Shown here in pieces: positions 25,192 through 35,082 of a DNA stretch of 64,000 nucleotides. The notes beneath the pieces were generated by a model, which was not told the origin of the DNA, made no database searches, and saw nothing but the letters and a program-made list of their open reading frames with translations. The first letter of the stretch is position 1. Every line of letters begins with the position of its first letter. A program made the position numbers and the translations under genes. The DNA is from Pseudomonadota bacterium. Lineage in GTDB: Bacteria; Pseudomonadota; Alphaproteobacteria; UBA2136; JASBTF01. The stretch covers positions 250-64,249 of the forward strand of contig JASBTF010000003.1 in assembly GCA_030148545.1 (NCBI GenBank), read 5' to 3'.

Positions 25192-26319
25192 ATGTATAAC
25201 TTACTTTACGAAGCTTGCCCGTGGCACAGCCGTGTCGCCCTATTTGACGGGGAGGGTAAGTTGCTTATGCTGCGGGTGGATGATGCAAGCCGCCCGTATA
25301 TTAGTGGTTCTGTTGTGCTTGGCCGTGTGCGTAAGGTGAATTTGGGGCTAGATGCAGCATTTATTGATATTGGTGACGTGGTAGACGGCTTTTTACCATT
25401 GCGTACACTCCCTAAAGAAATTGAAAAGCTGAATGAAGGCCAAGCGCTGCCTGTGCGTGTTACACGCGGTTGGGTAGGTAGCAAAGGTGCGCGACTAGAT
25501 GCACGTGTTGCTACCAAAATGCCGGACCCGTTACCACAGGCCCCAGCGCTGATAAAGCGCGCGCCATCATCATTACTGCGTGGTTTGCAGGATGCAGGGG
25601 ATAACGCAGTAAAAGTGTGGCTGGTGAACGGCACGCACCGCGCCACCGTGTTGGAGCACATTCCTGAAGAGCATTTATATCAGCTTAATGAACATCCAGA
25701 CGTGGAGTTGATTGAAAGCCTAGAAGAAGAGCTAGAGCGTTTACAGACGCTGCAATACCCCTTAGCGGGCGGTGGCCAATTGCTGGTGGACCACACTAAC
25801 GCACTAACGAGTATTGATGTAGATGCTGGTGCCTTTAGCGGTAAAAATCGCGAACAAGCTATGTTGACGATGAACCTATTTGCTGCGGAAGAAATTGTAC
25901 GTTTATGTCGCGCGCTTGATCTTGGCGGGAGCATTATTGTGGACTTCATTTCTCTACGTAGTAAAAGGGACCGCAACCAAGTGGTGAAGCATTTGGAGGC
26001 GTTGTTTGCTCAGGTAGACGCACGCACAGTAGAAGTACTGCCTATGTCACGCTTTGGCTTGGTGGAAATTAACCGCGAGCGTGGCGGCATGCCGCTAAGT
26101 GAGCTACTGCAACAGCCAGCCTTTATTGCGGGGCGCATTGGGTTGGAGTTATGGCGCCAATCTTACGGCCATACGGCGAATAGTGTGCGTGTCCACCCGG
26201 AGGTGGCTATTATTCTTAAGCAGCAACTCACTGCAGAAGTTTCTCAAGCAGGGTTGGGTAAAGCTGTTGCTGTAGAGGCAGATCCAAGCTTGCGTTTGGA
26301 TCAATATCGCTTTAATTAA
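25192..26319 (+). CDS. Short ribonuclease E/G-family protein
   Basis: S1 domain (AAFIDIG..DGFL), plus TSIDVD, GGSIIVDFI and SRFGLVEINRER. Confidence 0.85.
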   Translation: MYNLLYEACPWHSRVALFDGEGKLLMLRVDDASRPYISGSVVLGRVRKVNLGLDAAFIDIGDVVDGFLPLRTLPKEIEKLNEGQALPVRVTRGWVGSKGARLDARVATKMPDPLPQAPALIKRAPSSLLRGLQDAGDNAVKVWLVNGTHRATVLEHIPEEHLYQLNEHPDVELIESLEEELERLQTLQYPLAGGGQLLVDHTNALTSIDVDAGAFSGKNREQAMLTMNLFAAEEIVRLCRALDLGGSIIVDFISLRSKRDRNQVVKHLEALFAQVDARTVEVLPMSRFGLVEINRERGGMPLSELLQQPAFIAGRIGLELWRQSYGHTANSVRVHPEVAIILKQQLTAEVSQAGLGKAVAVEADPSLRLDQYRFN

Positions 26320-26322
26320 GCC

Positions 26323-28506
26323 TTATTGCTGAGCTTGCTGCTTTAGCTGTTGCTGTAACTGCGGTAGCAGTTGCTCTAGCGGAATACGTACTTTCCCCGG
26401 GTTTTTGGCGTCGGTATTCTCAAATACATAGGCGCCGCCACTTAGCTTAGCTTGTGCCAAATTGCGGCCACCAATAGCAGGGGTGTAGGTAGGGTCTAGC
26501 TCTAGCGCTTTATTAAAGTTGGCAATAGCGGTTTTATACTTTTGTTCGGTTAGTGCCATAAGCCCAGCAACCCCCCAAGTATGTGGGTTTTTAGGGCCAA
26601 TAACATATAGCTCATCAACAATTTTGCGCATCTCGTTCAATAAAGGTTTAGCTTTTTCTGGCTGACCGAGCGATTGGTATTGCTGTGCCTCTTTAAAGTA
26701 AATGCCTGCTAGGTTTACTAGGTTGTTGGCGGCATAAGGGTCTTCCTTTAAACCGGCCAGAACAGCTTGTTTAATAGTGTCACGACTTAGCTGGCGGCTA
26801 CCACGGTAGTTACTATAAATAACCGATTTAAACTCCAGCGCACGCTGGTTATAGGGGTATAGCTCAACCGAGCGCGTAATGTAGTTTAAGGTATGGTCAT
26901 TAAAAATGCCGGACATGGTGAGCGACATAGCAATTTTTAGATCCTTAGCAGCGGTACGGCGTGCAAGGTTATCGGCAGTAATGCCAACAAAAGCTACCAG
27001 AGCTAGCAACGCGGTAATGCCATAGACCACTCGTGGCATTTGCAATGGTGTTTTAGGGCCGTGCAATGCACCTGGATGGTACAGTACAAACAGACCAGTC
27101 ATCATCCCCATGAGTGCCCACAGCGTACCTGGTGCGGTTGGCATTTGTAGAGGGAAGTCCAGCATAGCGTTGACACATAAACCAGCAATACCAGTGGTGA
27201 GGAACACAGGCAGTAGGCCAAGCTTTTCAGCATGTTCATCTCGGGAGAGCTGCCACGCCATCCATGGCATACTAAAGGCAATAAGGAGCATGAGCACACC
27301 ACCCGGCACGCCAAGCTCAATAAAAGCTTGCATTAAATCGTTGTGGGCACGCTGCGGGCGCGCAGCAATGTTATAGCCGTGATGCGGTGTTTCCATTTGT
27401 GCATCGTGGTATTGAGGGTAAATAGCATGAAAAGCACCAACGCCTACGCCATTAAACCAGTGGTCTTTCACAATGTGTAAGCCATTTAGGTTATAGGCAA
27501 TACGAGGGCCAAAGTCTTTTTTGCTGCGTTCGCTATCAGTTACAATCAAGCTGCTAAATTGCTCGGCAACGCTTTTATCTACCGAGTGCACGCCACGCAG
27601 TGGAGAGGTAAACTGCGCACTGGCAATAACCAAAGCAATAGCTGCAGCAAACCAGCCTAGTAGAGCAGGTTTAACGCGCTCAACCAATAGCTTGCGGTGT
27701 ACAGGGTTAAGGGCAAACCAGCCTGCCATAAACACAATCATGAAAATAATAGCAACCCAGCTTGCGCGGGAGCGGGTGTACATGAGCGCCATGCCGGCTA
27801 GAGCAAATAGTAATGCGCTTAATGCTTGCAACACACGTGTGCGGGAGGTCAGCATAAACCACATGGTAAGCGGGGTAAGCAATACCAACCATGACGCTAA
27901 TAGGTTCTTATTAGCAAAGGTACCAGCTGGTGGTGCCGATTGTGGGAAAGAGGCGCGCCATTCATCAAAAAAGCCAATATGCTGCCAGAATGGAATGAAG
28001 TTAAGCATGGCATCGCGGATATCAAAAAACTGTAGCGTGGCGAGTAGCGTATTAAAGGCAATAGGAATGACCAATAGCCAACATATGTGCCGATACCACA
28101 AGTGGTGGCGCAAAATATACATAAAGCTAAATAAGCCTACATAGCCCATAAAGTGTTTAAAGAAGAACCAGCTACGGAACATGCTCAACCCATCTATGAG
28201 CGATACCATGGTCCAAATTGTGAGCCCAAAGGCAAACCAACCGGTGAGGGGCCATAACGTATCAAACGGGCGTTTACTTTGAAAACGCGCCACAACCCAA
28301 AGCAAGAGTAATAGCCCGCTAGAAAACTGCATGAGGTACCAGCGTGGGTCACCAGCTACTTCGGGGACTTTAATATCATACGTAAACGGAAGCAGTAGTA
28401 GCGTTAGGCCAATAATTAGGCGACCAAAGCGATAAAACCATTTTGGATTTTCATCTTTATGCGTAGGCATTAAAAACTCAGTAATACGGCTAAAAAACTG
28501 CTGCAT
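26323..28506 (-). CDS. O-antigen ligase/oligosaccharyltransferase-family membrane protein with C-terminal TPR repeats
   Basis: Multiple TM segments; GTFANKN, TRSRASW, GVGVGAF, AHNDLMQAFIELG and DFPL motifs; TPR-like AIANFNKALELDP. Confidence 0.85.
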   Translation of the reverse strand: MQQFFSRITEFLMPTHKDENPKWFYRFGRLIIGLTLLLLPFTYDIKVPEVAGDPRWYLMQFSSGLLLLLWVVARFQSKRPFDTLWPLTGWFAFGLTIWTMVSLIDGLSMFRSWFFFKHFMGYVGLFSFMYILRHHLWYRHICWLLVIPIAFNTLLATLQFFDIRDAMLNFIPFWQHIGFFDEWRASFPQSAPPAGTFANKNLLASWLVLLTPLTMWFMLTSRTRVLQALSALLFALAGMALMYTRSRASWVAIIFMIVFMAGWFALNPVHRKLLVERVKPALLGWFAAAIALVIASAQFTSPLRGVHSVDKSVAEQFSSLIVTDSERSKKDFGPRIAYNLNGLHIVKDHWFNGVGVGAFHAIYPQYHDAQMETPHHGYNIAARPQRAHNDLMQAFIELGVPGGVLMLLIAFSMPWMAWQLSRDEHAEKLGLLPVFLTTGIAGLCVNAMLDFPLQMPTAPGTLWALMGMMTGLFVLYHPGALHGPKTPLQMPRVVYGITALLALVAFVGITADNLARRTAAKDLKIAMSLTMSGIFNDHTLNYITRSVELYPYNQRALEFKSVIYSNYRGSRQLSRDTIKQAVLAGLKEDPYAANNLVNLAGIYFKEAQQYQSLGQPEKAKPLLNEMRKIVDELYVIGPKNPHTWGVAGLMALTEQKYKTAIANFNKALELDPTYTPAIGGRNLAQAKLSGGAYVFENTDAKNPGKVRIPLEQLLPQLQQQLKQQAQQ

Positions 28507-28620
28507 GTGGCGAACTTACTTCTATTGTTCCAATAAATTTACGCCGCAGCTTACGCATTAGTGGCGTTATATGCAATCTGCTTATAGCGAATCTCCAGAA
28601 AAATTGCTAAGGTAGCCGCC

Positions 28621-29901
28621 GTGTATAAATATTTAGCAGTTTTATGTTGTGCAACGCCGGCCTTTATGTGGGCACAGGAGTACGTTTCGCAGATTATTCT
28701 GCTTAATGACGAGGCGCGCTATAGCGGTGCCCCCGCTCAAGAAGATTTAGAGAAAACCGCTGCGGCTATTGGTATCTCGTGGACAATGCCACGGGCAGAG
28801 CTCATGCCCAAAGCGCCTGATAGTTTATTTCGCCCTATGGCACAACCTGTACAAGTGCGGGAAGAGCAAGCGCAAGAGCTAGACTTAGGCATTAGCGAAG
28901 AAGCGCGTAAAATGCTAGGTGTAACCACAGCTGAGCGTAAAACGCCTCCGGCAGCACCGGCAGAGGATGTGCCAAGCCTTATTCCAGGTCCTGTGGTGCA
29001 GGTACAGCCACCTGTGGTGCCACAGGCTCCGGTACTGGCGCCTGTAAGCACAACCATGAACCTGCAGGACACCATGGCACTGGCTGAGGCAAAAAAAGAG
29101 CCTATGCTTATACGTGAAGAAGCAACGGCAATTGCACCCACACCACAAGCACCAGCGGTTATGCGTGTAAGCCGTACGCAGCCAGCACCACGGCCCATGC
29201 CAAAGCGTGGTGTTATTCGTGTATTGCCCGATGAAACCTTTGTGGTGATTCCGTTTGAATTACCAATTGAACAAGGCACTGTGCGCCCAAGCGACATTTT
29301 GGCAGAGCCCGAAACAATAGAAGGGCGCCAATCAATACCTAATATGGCGATGACGCCAACACCACCAAGTGAGCCCATTGCGCCTCCAGCTGCGGGTGAT
29401 GTGTTGAGCATTGCGCTAGAAGCACGCCGTGCGGAACGGGTGGTAGAAGATAAGCCCGTAGAACCAAAACGACCAGAGCCAAAAGCTATTGAGAACTTCC
29501 TGACCATTGCGGGGTTACCACGCACATTGGGTGCTGTAGCGTTGCCAGTGAGCACACCATTTTTGGAAGGTGTGGAGGGCACAGCACGCGCTAGTGTCTC
29601 GCTCAAATTCTTAGCGGATTTAGAAAACCCAACATTATCGTCACTGCAAGATTTCACAACATTTATTAGTTATCTTGTGGGGCACAAAATTTACCATGCA
29701 CGGGTGGTTATCTACACCCATCCGGAGCCTCAGCTTAATAGTGGTGGTGGTGACTTAGAGCTGGCGCAACGTCGCTTGCAACGCCTGCTGAAAACACTGG
29801 AAGTAAACCAAGTAGAACTACCTGAAGAAAACACCAGCGTGTTCCGCATGCTCACCGACCGCAACCAACGTATTGAACTAATGGTCGGCGTACGGGATTA
29901 G
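28621..29901 (+). CDS. Exported Pro-rich hypothetical protein, possible degenerate OmpA-like C-terminus
   Basis: Signal peptide and long P/A-rich region; C-terminus LELAQRRL...NQRIEL resembles OmpA-C (LS.RRA...NRRVE). Confidence 0.6.
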   Translation: MYKYLAVLCCATPAFMWAQEYVSQIILLNDEARYSGAPAQEDLEKTAAAIGISWTMPRAELMPKAPDSLFRPMAQPVQVREEQAQELDLGISEEARKMLGVTTAERKTPPAAPAEDVPSLIPGPVVQVQPPVVPQAPVLAPVSTTMNLQDTMALAEAKKEPMLIREEATAIAPTPQAPAVMRVSRTQPAPRPMPKRGVIRVLPDETFVVIPFELPIEQGTVRPSDILAEPETIEGRQSIPNMAMTPTPPSEPIAPPAAGDVLSIALEARRAERVVEDKPVEPKRPEPKAIENFLTIAGLPRTLGAVALPVSTPFLEGVEGTARASVSLKFLADLENPTLSSLQDFTTFISYLVGHKIYHARVVIYTHPEPQLNSGGGDLELAQRRLQRLLKTLEVNQVELPEENTSVFRMLTDRNQRIELMVGVRD

Positions 29902-29922
29902 ATGTGAAGATGTATTAAAATT

Positions 29923-29947
29923 AAAAACCGCCCCATAGGGCGGTTTT
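29923..29947. terminator. Bidirectional terminator
   Basis: AAAAACCGCCC-CATA-GGGCGGTTTT. Confidence 0.8.
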
Positions 29948-29955
29948 ATAAATCG

Positions 29956-30032
29956 TGGCGGGAGTGACGGGGCTCGAACCCGCGACCTCAAGCGTGACAG
30001 GCTTGCACTCTAACCAACTGAGCTACACCCCC
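29956..30032 (-). tRNA. tRNA-Asp(GTC)
   Basis: Anticodon arm CAAGC-CT-GTC-AC-GCTTG, GGTTCGAG T-loop and CCA end. Confidence 0.97.
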
Positions 30033-30101
30033 ACGGACGGTCGGTTTAATACCAACCCCAGCGCGCAAACGCAAGTACTTTTTGCGTTGTGAGTGCATTT
30101 A

Positions 30102-31571
30102 TTATTCGTAGTGGCTTTCTACATTTCCAGCATAATCGTGGAATGTGGTTGTCTCAGGCTGGAATTGCAGGGTTACGGCGCCCGTAGCGCCCTTACGGTT
30201 TTTACTTACCAATAGTTCGGTAAGGCCTTTTACTTTTTCCAAACGCTCTAGCTGTTGTTGTACTTTTTCATCACCAGCCTCTGGCTGAGCACCCAGCTGT
30301 TTCTCCAAGTAGTAATCTTCACGGTAGAGGAACATCACAATATCGGCATCCTGCTCAATAGAGCCACTTTCGCGTAGGTCGCTCAGCATCGGGCGTTTGT
30401 TATCACGGCTTTCCACAGCACGAGAAAGCTGAGATAGCGCAATAACAGGCACGTTGAGCTCACGCGCAATGGCTTTGAGCCCTTGTGAAATATCGGAGAT
30501 CTCCTGCACGCGGTTAAAATCGTTCCCGCGGCCGTTACCACGCATCAGCTGCAAGTAGTCGACCACAATCATGCCCACATTGTGCTGGCGCACCAAACGG
30601 CGCGCACGGCCACGTAGAGCGTTAATGTGCAGCTGTGGTGTGTCGTCAATAAATAGAGGCATTTCAGCCAGCTCGTTACTTACGGCAACCAAGCGGCCAA
30701 AGTCCTGCTCGGTTAAGTTACCTTGTTGTAGCTTGTTGGAATCAATACCGCTGGCAGAGGAAAGAATACGCGCCGCCAGTTGGTCGGCCGACATCTCCAG
30801 CGAGAACACGGCAACACCAGCCCCCCCTGGTTTTTGTAGCTGTAGCGCTTGCGCAGCATTGGTTGCTACGTTAACCGATAGCGCTGTTTTACCCATACTT
30901 GGGCGCGCTGCCAAAATAATTAGGTCCGAGTGCTGGAAGCCGCTAATCATTTTATCGAGGTCTTTTAGGCCGCTGGTTACGCCCGTAAGCCAGCTGTCGC
31001 GCTGTTTGGCTGCTTCTGCGCGTTCGATCACCTCCTTAAGAGGGTTTTTTAATTGCTGTGCTGTACGTTGGCTCTGGCCGCTTTCAGCAAGGTTGAATAG
31101 TTTACCTTCGGTGGTGGTTAAAATATCGAGTGTTTTTTCCCAGTCGCCACCGCGTTGAGCTTCGCCTGATAGCTCTTGCCCTACGGCCAGTAGTTGGCGC
31201 TGCATGTAGGTGGCTAAAATAATACTAGCAATACTGTTCAGGTCTTCCGGCATGTAGCTTTGGCTGAGCAGTTTATCTAACAGTGCATTTACATCTTGCC
31301 CTGGGGCTAAATCTTCTTTATTGCTCAGGTTTTCACTAACGGTGAGGGGGTTAGCCTCAAATCCTTTGGCTACTAGTTTATCAATGGTTTCAAAAACATG
31401 ACCATGGAACGGGTGGTAAAAATGCTCAGGGTGCAGGCGGCCTTCTAGTTGGTCTAGTAGGTCATTATCTAGCAGAATACTCCCCAGCAGCGTTTGTTCA
31501 GCCTCTAGGCTATGAGGCAAGTTGCTGGTTGTTGTGTTCAACGCGGGTGTAGATTGGGCTGCTGCAGTCAT
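30102..31571 (-). CDS. dnaB: Replicative DNA helicase
   Basis: Motifs PHSLEAEQ, AARPSMGKTA, FSLEM, VDYLQLM and DLRESGSIEQDAD. Confidence 0.98.
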   Translation of the reverse strand: MTAAAQSTPALNTTTSNLPHSLEAEQTLLGSILLDNDLLDQLEGRLHPEHFYHPFHGHVFETIDKLVAKGFEANPLTVSENLSNKEDLAPGQDVNALLDKLLSQSYMPEDLNSIASIILATYMQRQLLAVGQELSGEAQRGGDWEKTLDILTTTEGKLFNLAESGQSQRTAQQLKNPLKEVIERAEAAKQRDSWLTGVTSGLKDLDKMISGFQHSDLIILAARPSMGKTALSVNVATNAAQALQLQKPGGAGVAVFSLEMSADQLAARILSSASGIDSNKLQQGNLTEQDFGRLVAVSNELAEMPLFIDDTPQLHINALRGRARRLVRQHNVGMIVVDYLQLMRGNGRGNDFNRVQEISDISQGLKAIARELNVPVIALSQLSRAVESRDNKRPMLSDLRESGSIEQDADIVMFLYREDYYLEKQLGAQPEAGDEKVQQQLERLEKVKGLTELLVSKNRKGATGAVTLQFQPETTTFHDYAGNVESHYE

Positions 31572-31621
31572 AGGTCTTAACCTATACAACAGCTTTATCA
31601 TTCTGTGTACTGATTTTACAC

Positions 31622-31636
31622 TTAAATATCATTTAA
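31622..31636. promoter_or_regulatory. CtrA-box-like motif
   Basis: Perfect TTAA-N7-TTAA (TTAAATATCATTTAA) in the divergent intergenic region between dnaB and the HTH gene. Confidence 0.45.
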
Positions 31637-31753
31637 TTTATGAGATATAGACTTTATCTATCTGTTAGTTAAACTAAAACATAAATAATTCTTGAGCTTT
31701 TTAAACAGGCCTGCCTACACTTAATCATTACCAACCAACGGAGAATATGACGC

Positions 31754-32296
31754 ATGAGCCTAACCGCACAGGATGAAAACTGGTATTTTCTATCGGCACA
31801 TCAAGCATTGTGCTGGAGTACCGAAGTACTGCGCCACAAACGCCATCCGAATATCAGCTCACTCTATCAAGAAATTCCTAGCCAGCTGGATACGAACCTA
31901 GATCCAGACTGGAGCTTAGATTGGCCACATCTGCCAAGTGATGGACAGGAGCGGGTAGAGCTAGCACAAACAGTGCAGGCGTTCCTGCGCTATTGTAGCG
32001 CTGATGAGCAGGATTTGTTGCAAAAAATTTATTGGGGAGACTACCACCACCCGCAGCATTTAGCGCGTAGCCTATATGTTCAGGAAACATTGCGCCAAAA
32101 GGGTGTACGGGCGCATGTTAAAATGCGTTACAACCACAAACAACTAGCGGAAATGCTGCAAGTTCACCCGCGTACTATTAGCCGACGTTTAAAAATTGCG
32201 CAGGATAAAATAGCAGAAAAGCTACAGCTTAAAGGCCTGCTGCCCAGCGTTGCGTCAACAACCATAGTTGAGAGCGCCCATAACGTTGTTGTTTAA
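31754..32296 (+). CDS. Sigma-70 region 4-like HTH protein
   Basis: C-terminal YNHKQLAEMLQVHPRTISRRLKIAQDKI; GGAGA RBS. Confidence 0.7.
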   Translation: MSLTAQDENWYFLSAHQALCWSTEVLRHKRHPNISSLYQEIPSQLDTNLDPDWSLDWPHLPSDGQERVELAQTVQAFLRYCSADEQDLLQKIYWGDYHHPQHLARSLYVQETLRQKGVRAHVKMRYNHKQLAEMLQVHPRTISRRLKIAQDKIAEKLQLKGLLPSVASTTIVESAHNVVV

Positions 32297-32804
32297 CCAG
32301 TTCCAGCTGTTCAGGAATATCTAGCGTGGCACCGGTGGCTGTTTCTAGCAGCCACCATGTTTTGGGGTGGCCCCATAGTGTGGCTTGGTCTAGCACATAT
32401 TGGCCTAGCGTGGTGTCATACGGTGGGTCAGCAATAATCACATCAATTGGTTGGTCTGGCTGCCATTGGTTTACGGGGGAGGTAATTAAATCGCACTGTA
32501 GTGGCGTTACTTCCAACGTTTGTAGCAGGTCACGTACATGGCTGGTGTTGGTATCTACAAAGCTAACGTGAGGTGTACCGCGGGAGAGCAACTCTAAGCC
32601 CCAGGCACCGCTACCACAGCACACATCGGCTGCACGTGCTTGGCTGAGGTCAACACGGCTTGCTAGCATATCTAGCCCAGCTTGGCGGACCATTTCTTTA
32701 GTGGGGCGAAGTTCGTTAGTAACGGGTAATGGCAGTTTGCGACCACGCCACTGCCCAGCGGTGATGGTGAAGGTAAAGTCCGGTTTTGTTTGCCGTAGTC
32801 CCAT
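32229..32804 (-). CDS. rsmD: 16S rRNA m2G966 methyltransferase
   Basis: Motifs ITAGQWRGRKL, LRPT, CGSGAWGLELLSRG, DPPY and RYG. Confidence 0.9.
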   Translation of the reverse strand: MGLRQTKPDFTFTITAGQWRGRKLPLPVTNELRPTKEMVRQAGLDMLASRVDLSQARAADVCCGSGAWGLELLSRGTPHVSFVDTNTSHVRDLLQTLEVTPLQCDLITSPVNQWQPDQPIDVIIADPPYDTTLGQYVLDQATLWGHPKTWWLLETATGATLDIPEQLELVKQQRYGRSQLWLLTQRWAAGL

Positions 32805-32975
32805 TCAGTGCTCCAAACACATTATTTAATTTACGCAGTTCATTTCTGCTAGAGCGCTTATTTGTATCATGGCAAATTTTACCTGTCACGCATTGTATTC
32901 ACTTTTGCATAAAATACATCTTACAATAGAAAATCTTAACCAACCCTGATGAGCAAGGCTGGTATTTTTCAACCT

Positions 32976-33563
32976 CTAAGGTCGAAAATTCCAGTTCACC
33001 ACGTCCCAGTGTCCAGCTTTACCACGCAAATGGCCAATAGCGCCGGTTTTTAGCTTAGGCATGGTTGCGGCAGTACTGGTGAGCACATTGGCAAAGCGTG
33101 CGGTGCCGTTACTGGTCACAGCCACAGTGCAGGGTGTTTGTGCGGCATTAGCCACTTGTTGCCAGCCTTGTTGAATAGCAGGGATATCAACCTCCCAGTT
33201 TGGGGGTACTATAGCGTCTTGGTCCCATGCAGTTAGGGTGGCACTGCCTAGGCGTTCTAGCACAGCAGCTTCGGGCTGGTTTTCGTCTGGGCCGTAGTTA
33301 ATTTCGCGCAGGTTATGAATTTCTTGAATATCAGCAGTGTAGCCGCAAGCTTCGGCAAGGCCTGTTGCCATTTGCTGGTGGCGTAGTAGGGGGCCACGCA
33401 CAACCAAGGCAGGGGTATAGCCATTTTCTTTGAGCCATGTACCCACAGCTGTGGCTTGCTCTAAGCCTTTTTCTACCAGTGGAATATCGGTATCACTGCC
33501 TACACGACGCACAACGTCGTTAGGGCCAAACGTATTCCCGTGACGAACAATAAATAAATCCAT
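32976..33563 (-). CDS. Histidine phosphatase family protein
   Basis: VRHGNT catalytic motif and LREINYG; lies downstream of kdsB. Confidence 0.85.
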   Translation of the reverse strand: MDLFIVRHGNTFGPNDVVRRVGSDTDIPLVEKGLEQATAVGTWLKENGYTPALVVRGPLLRHQQMATGLAEACGYTADIQEIHNLREINYGPDENQPEAAVLERLGSATLTAWDQDAIVPPNWEVDIPAIQQGWQQVANAAQTPCTVAVTSNGTARFANVLTSTAATMPKLKTGAIGHLRGKAGHWDVVNWNFRP

Positions 33564-33574
33564 AGAGCTCTATA

Positions 33575-34375
33575 CTAAGCTGCAATGCCACTACGACGTA
33601 GCAGAGACTCTACCCGTGTGAGATCTTCAGGCGTATCCACACCAGACATACTTGGGCGGCCAGCATAGTCTACCTCAGCCACTTGTAGCGGCACGCCATG
33701 TTCCATAAAGCGCAGTTGCTCCAAGCCTTCTAAACGCTCGTAAGTGCTTTCTGGCCAGCTGAGGAATTTTTCCAGCCCTTCCATGCGGTAGGCGTAGAGC
33801 CCTACATGGCGAAATACCGGCGACTTAGCGGTGCTGCGGTCTTCCTTACGCATGAACGGAATAATCTGCTTAGAGAACCATAAGGCACGGCCGTTTTCGT
33901 CCATGGTTACGGTGGTGCCACTGGCAGGAGAGTCCTGCTTTTGCAGGCGTAGTGCGTCTAGCTCTTGCCAGCTTAGTTGGGTTGCTACAGTACCTACCAA
34001 AGCTTCTGGGGCGTTGTGCATGGTTTCAATAAGTTTACTCACAAAATCAGGTGGGGATAGTGGGGCATCGCCCTGCATGTTCACAATAACCTCTGGTGTG
34101 GTGTCCAGCTGTTTAACTGCTTCAAAAGCGCGGTGCGTACCGTTTAGGCATTCAGTGCCTGTCATGGCTACGGTTACGTCGTAGTCGCTGGCTGCTTCGG
34201 CAATACGTTCATCATCAGTGGCTACAATAACGCCTGTATCACCAACCGATTCAGCAGCACGTTGTGCCAGTTCAATTACCCAGTGCACCATGGGTTTGCC
34301 CAAAATAGGCGCAAGTGGTTTACCAGGAAAACGTGTAGAGCCGTAGCGGGCAGGAATAACAATGACATTTTTCAT
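33575..34375 (-). CDS. kdsB: CMP-Kdo synthetase
   Basis: Motifs IPARYGSTRFPGKPL, VATDD, NMQGD, HVGLYAY and EGLEQLR. Confidence 0.95.
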   Translation of the reverse strand: MKNVIVIPARYGSTRFPGKPLAPILGKPMVHWVIELAQRAAESVGDTGVIVATDDERIAEAASDYDVTVAMTGTECLNGTHRAFEAVKQLDTTPEVIVNMQGDAPLSPPDFVSKLIETMHNAPEALVGTVATQLSWQELDALRLQKQDSPASGTTVTMDENGRALWFSKQIIPFMRKEDRSTAKSPVFRHVGLYAYRMEGLEKFLSWPESTYERLEGLEQLRFMEHGVPLQVAEVDYAGRPSMSGVDTPEDLTRVESLLRRSGIAA

Positions 34376-34438
34376 AGCCCGTAACTTAAGCCAGTGCCAA
34401 TAGTTGCGCAAGAGCCTTATTGGCGGTAAGTTAGCGCC

Positions 34439-34813
34439 ATGATTTATGGACTTGGCCTCGACTTATGCCAAATTGAGCGGATGGCAAATCTCTCCGCCCG
34501 CTTTGGGCGTCGTTTGGCGAACCGTATTTTAACCGATGAAGAACAAGCTAATATTGCTATTTCACCACGCCAATTGGCAAAGCACTTTGCGGTGAAGGAA
34601 GCGGTGAGCAAATGCCTTGGTGTTGGCATTGGTCGCCAGCTAAGCTTTCAGGACATTACATTGCGCCACACCCCTGCTGGGCAGCCTTATGTAGTTCTGT
34701 CGGAGCAAGTGGCACCCACACTGCGCCAACCACGCCTGCATATTACTATTACGGATGACGCTGGCATGATGGCTGCCATGGCCGTAGCTGAGAAAGTAGA
34801 ACAACAGTTATGA
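34439..34813 (+). CDS. acpS: Holo-ACP synthase
   Basis: Motifs GLGLD, FAVKEAVSK and G.P; precedes lepB-rnc-era. Confidence 0.92.
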   Translation: MIYGLGLDLCQIERMANLSARFGRRLANRILTDEEQANIAISPRQLAKHFAVKEAVSKCLGVGIGRQLSFQDITLRHTPAGQPYVVLSEQVAPTLRQPRLHITITDDAGMMAAMAVAEKVEQQL

Positions 34814-35082
34814 GCACACCTGTAGAACGCCGAGTCACGGTGACAGTGGCTTATGGTAGCGCTAATAGCCTTTTCCAGCGTGAGGTAACATTGCCTAAAG
34901 GCGCTACTGTAGAGCGCGCTATTCATGCTAGTGCGTTGTTGCCGCAGTATCCAGAAATTGATTTATCCACAAATAAAGTGGGCATTTTTAGTAAAATTGT
35001 GGCATTAGACACGCTCCTGCAAACTGGTGACCGTATAGAGGTGTACCAGCCAGCGCAGGGGAAACGCAAAAAAGGTGAGTAA
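34810..35082 (+). CDS. RnfH/RatB (UPF0125) ubiquitin-fold protein
   Basis: Motifs VTVAYG, GATVERAI..S, KVGIFSK and GDRIEVY.P. Confidence 0.85.
   Translation: MSTPVERRVTVTVAYGSANSLFQREVTLPKGATVERAIHASALLPQYPEIDLSTNKVGIFSKIVALDTLLQTGDRIEVYQPAQGKRKKGE

Noticed and set aside
28737-29657. 306-aa minus-strand ORF
   Set aside because: Antisense to the Pro-rich gene, which has a signal peptide, promoter-like motif and terminator.
23404-35082. Complete Rnf complex
   Set aside because: Only RnfB-like and RnfH-like genes are present, 11 kb apart, with no membrane subunits.
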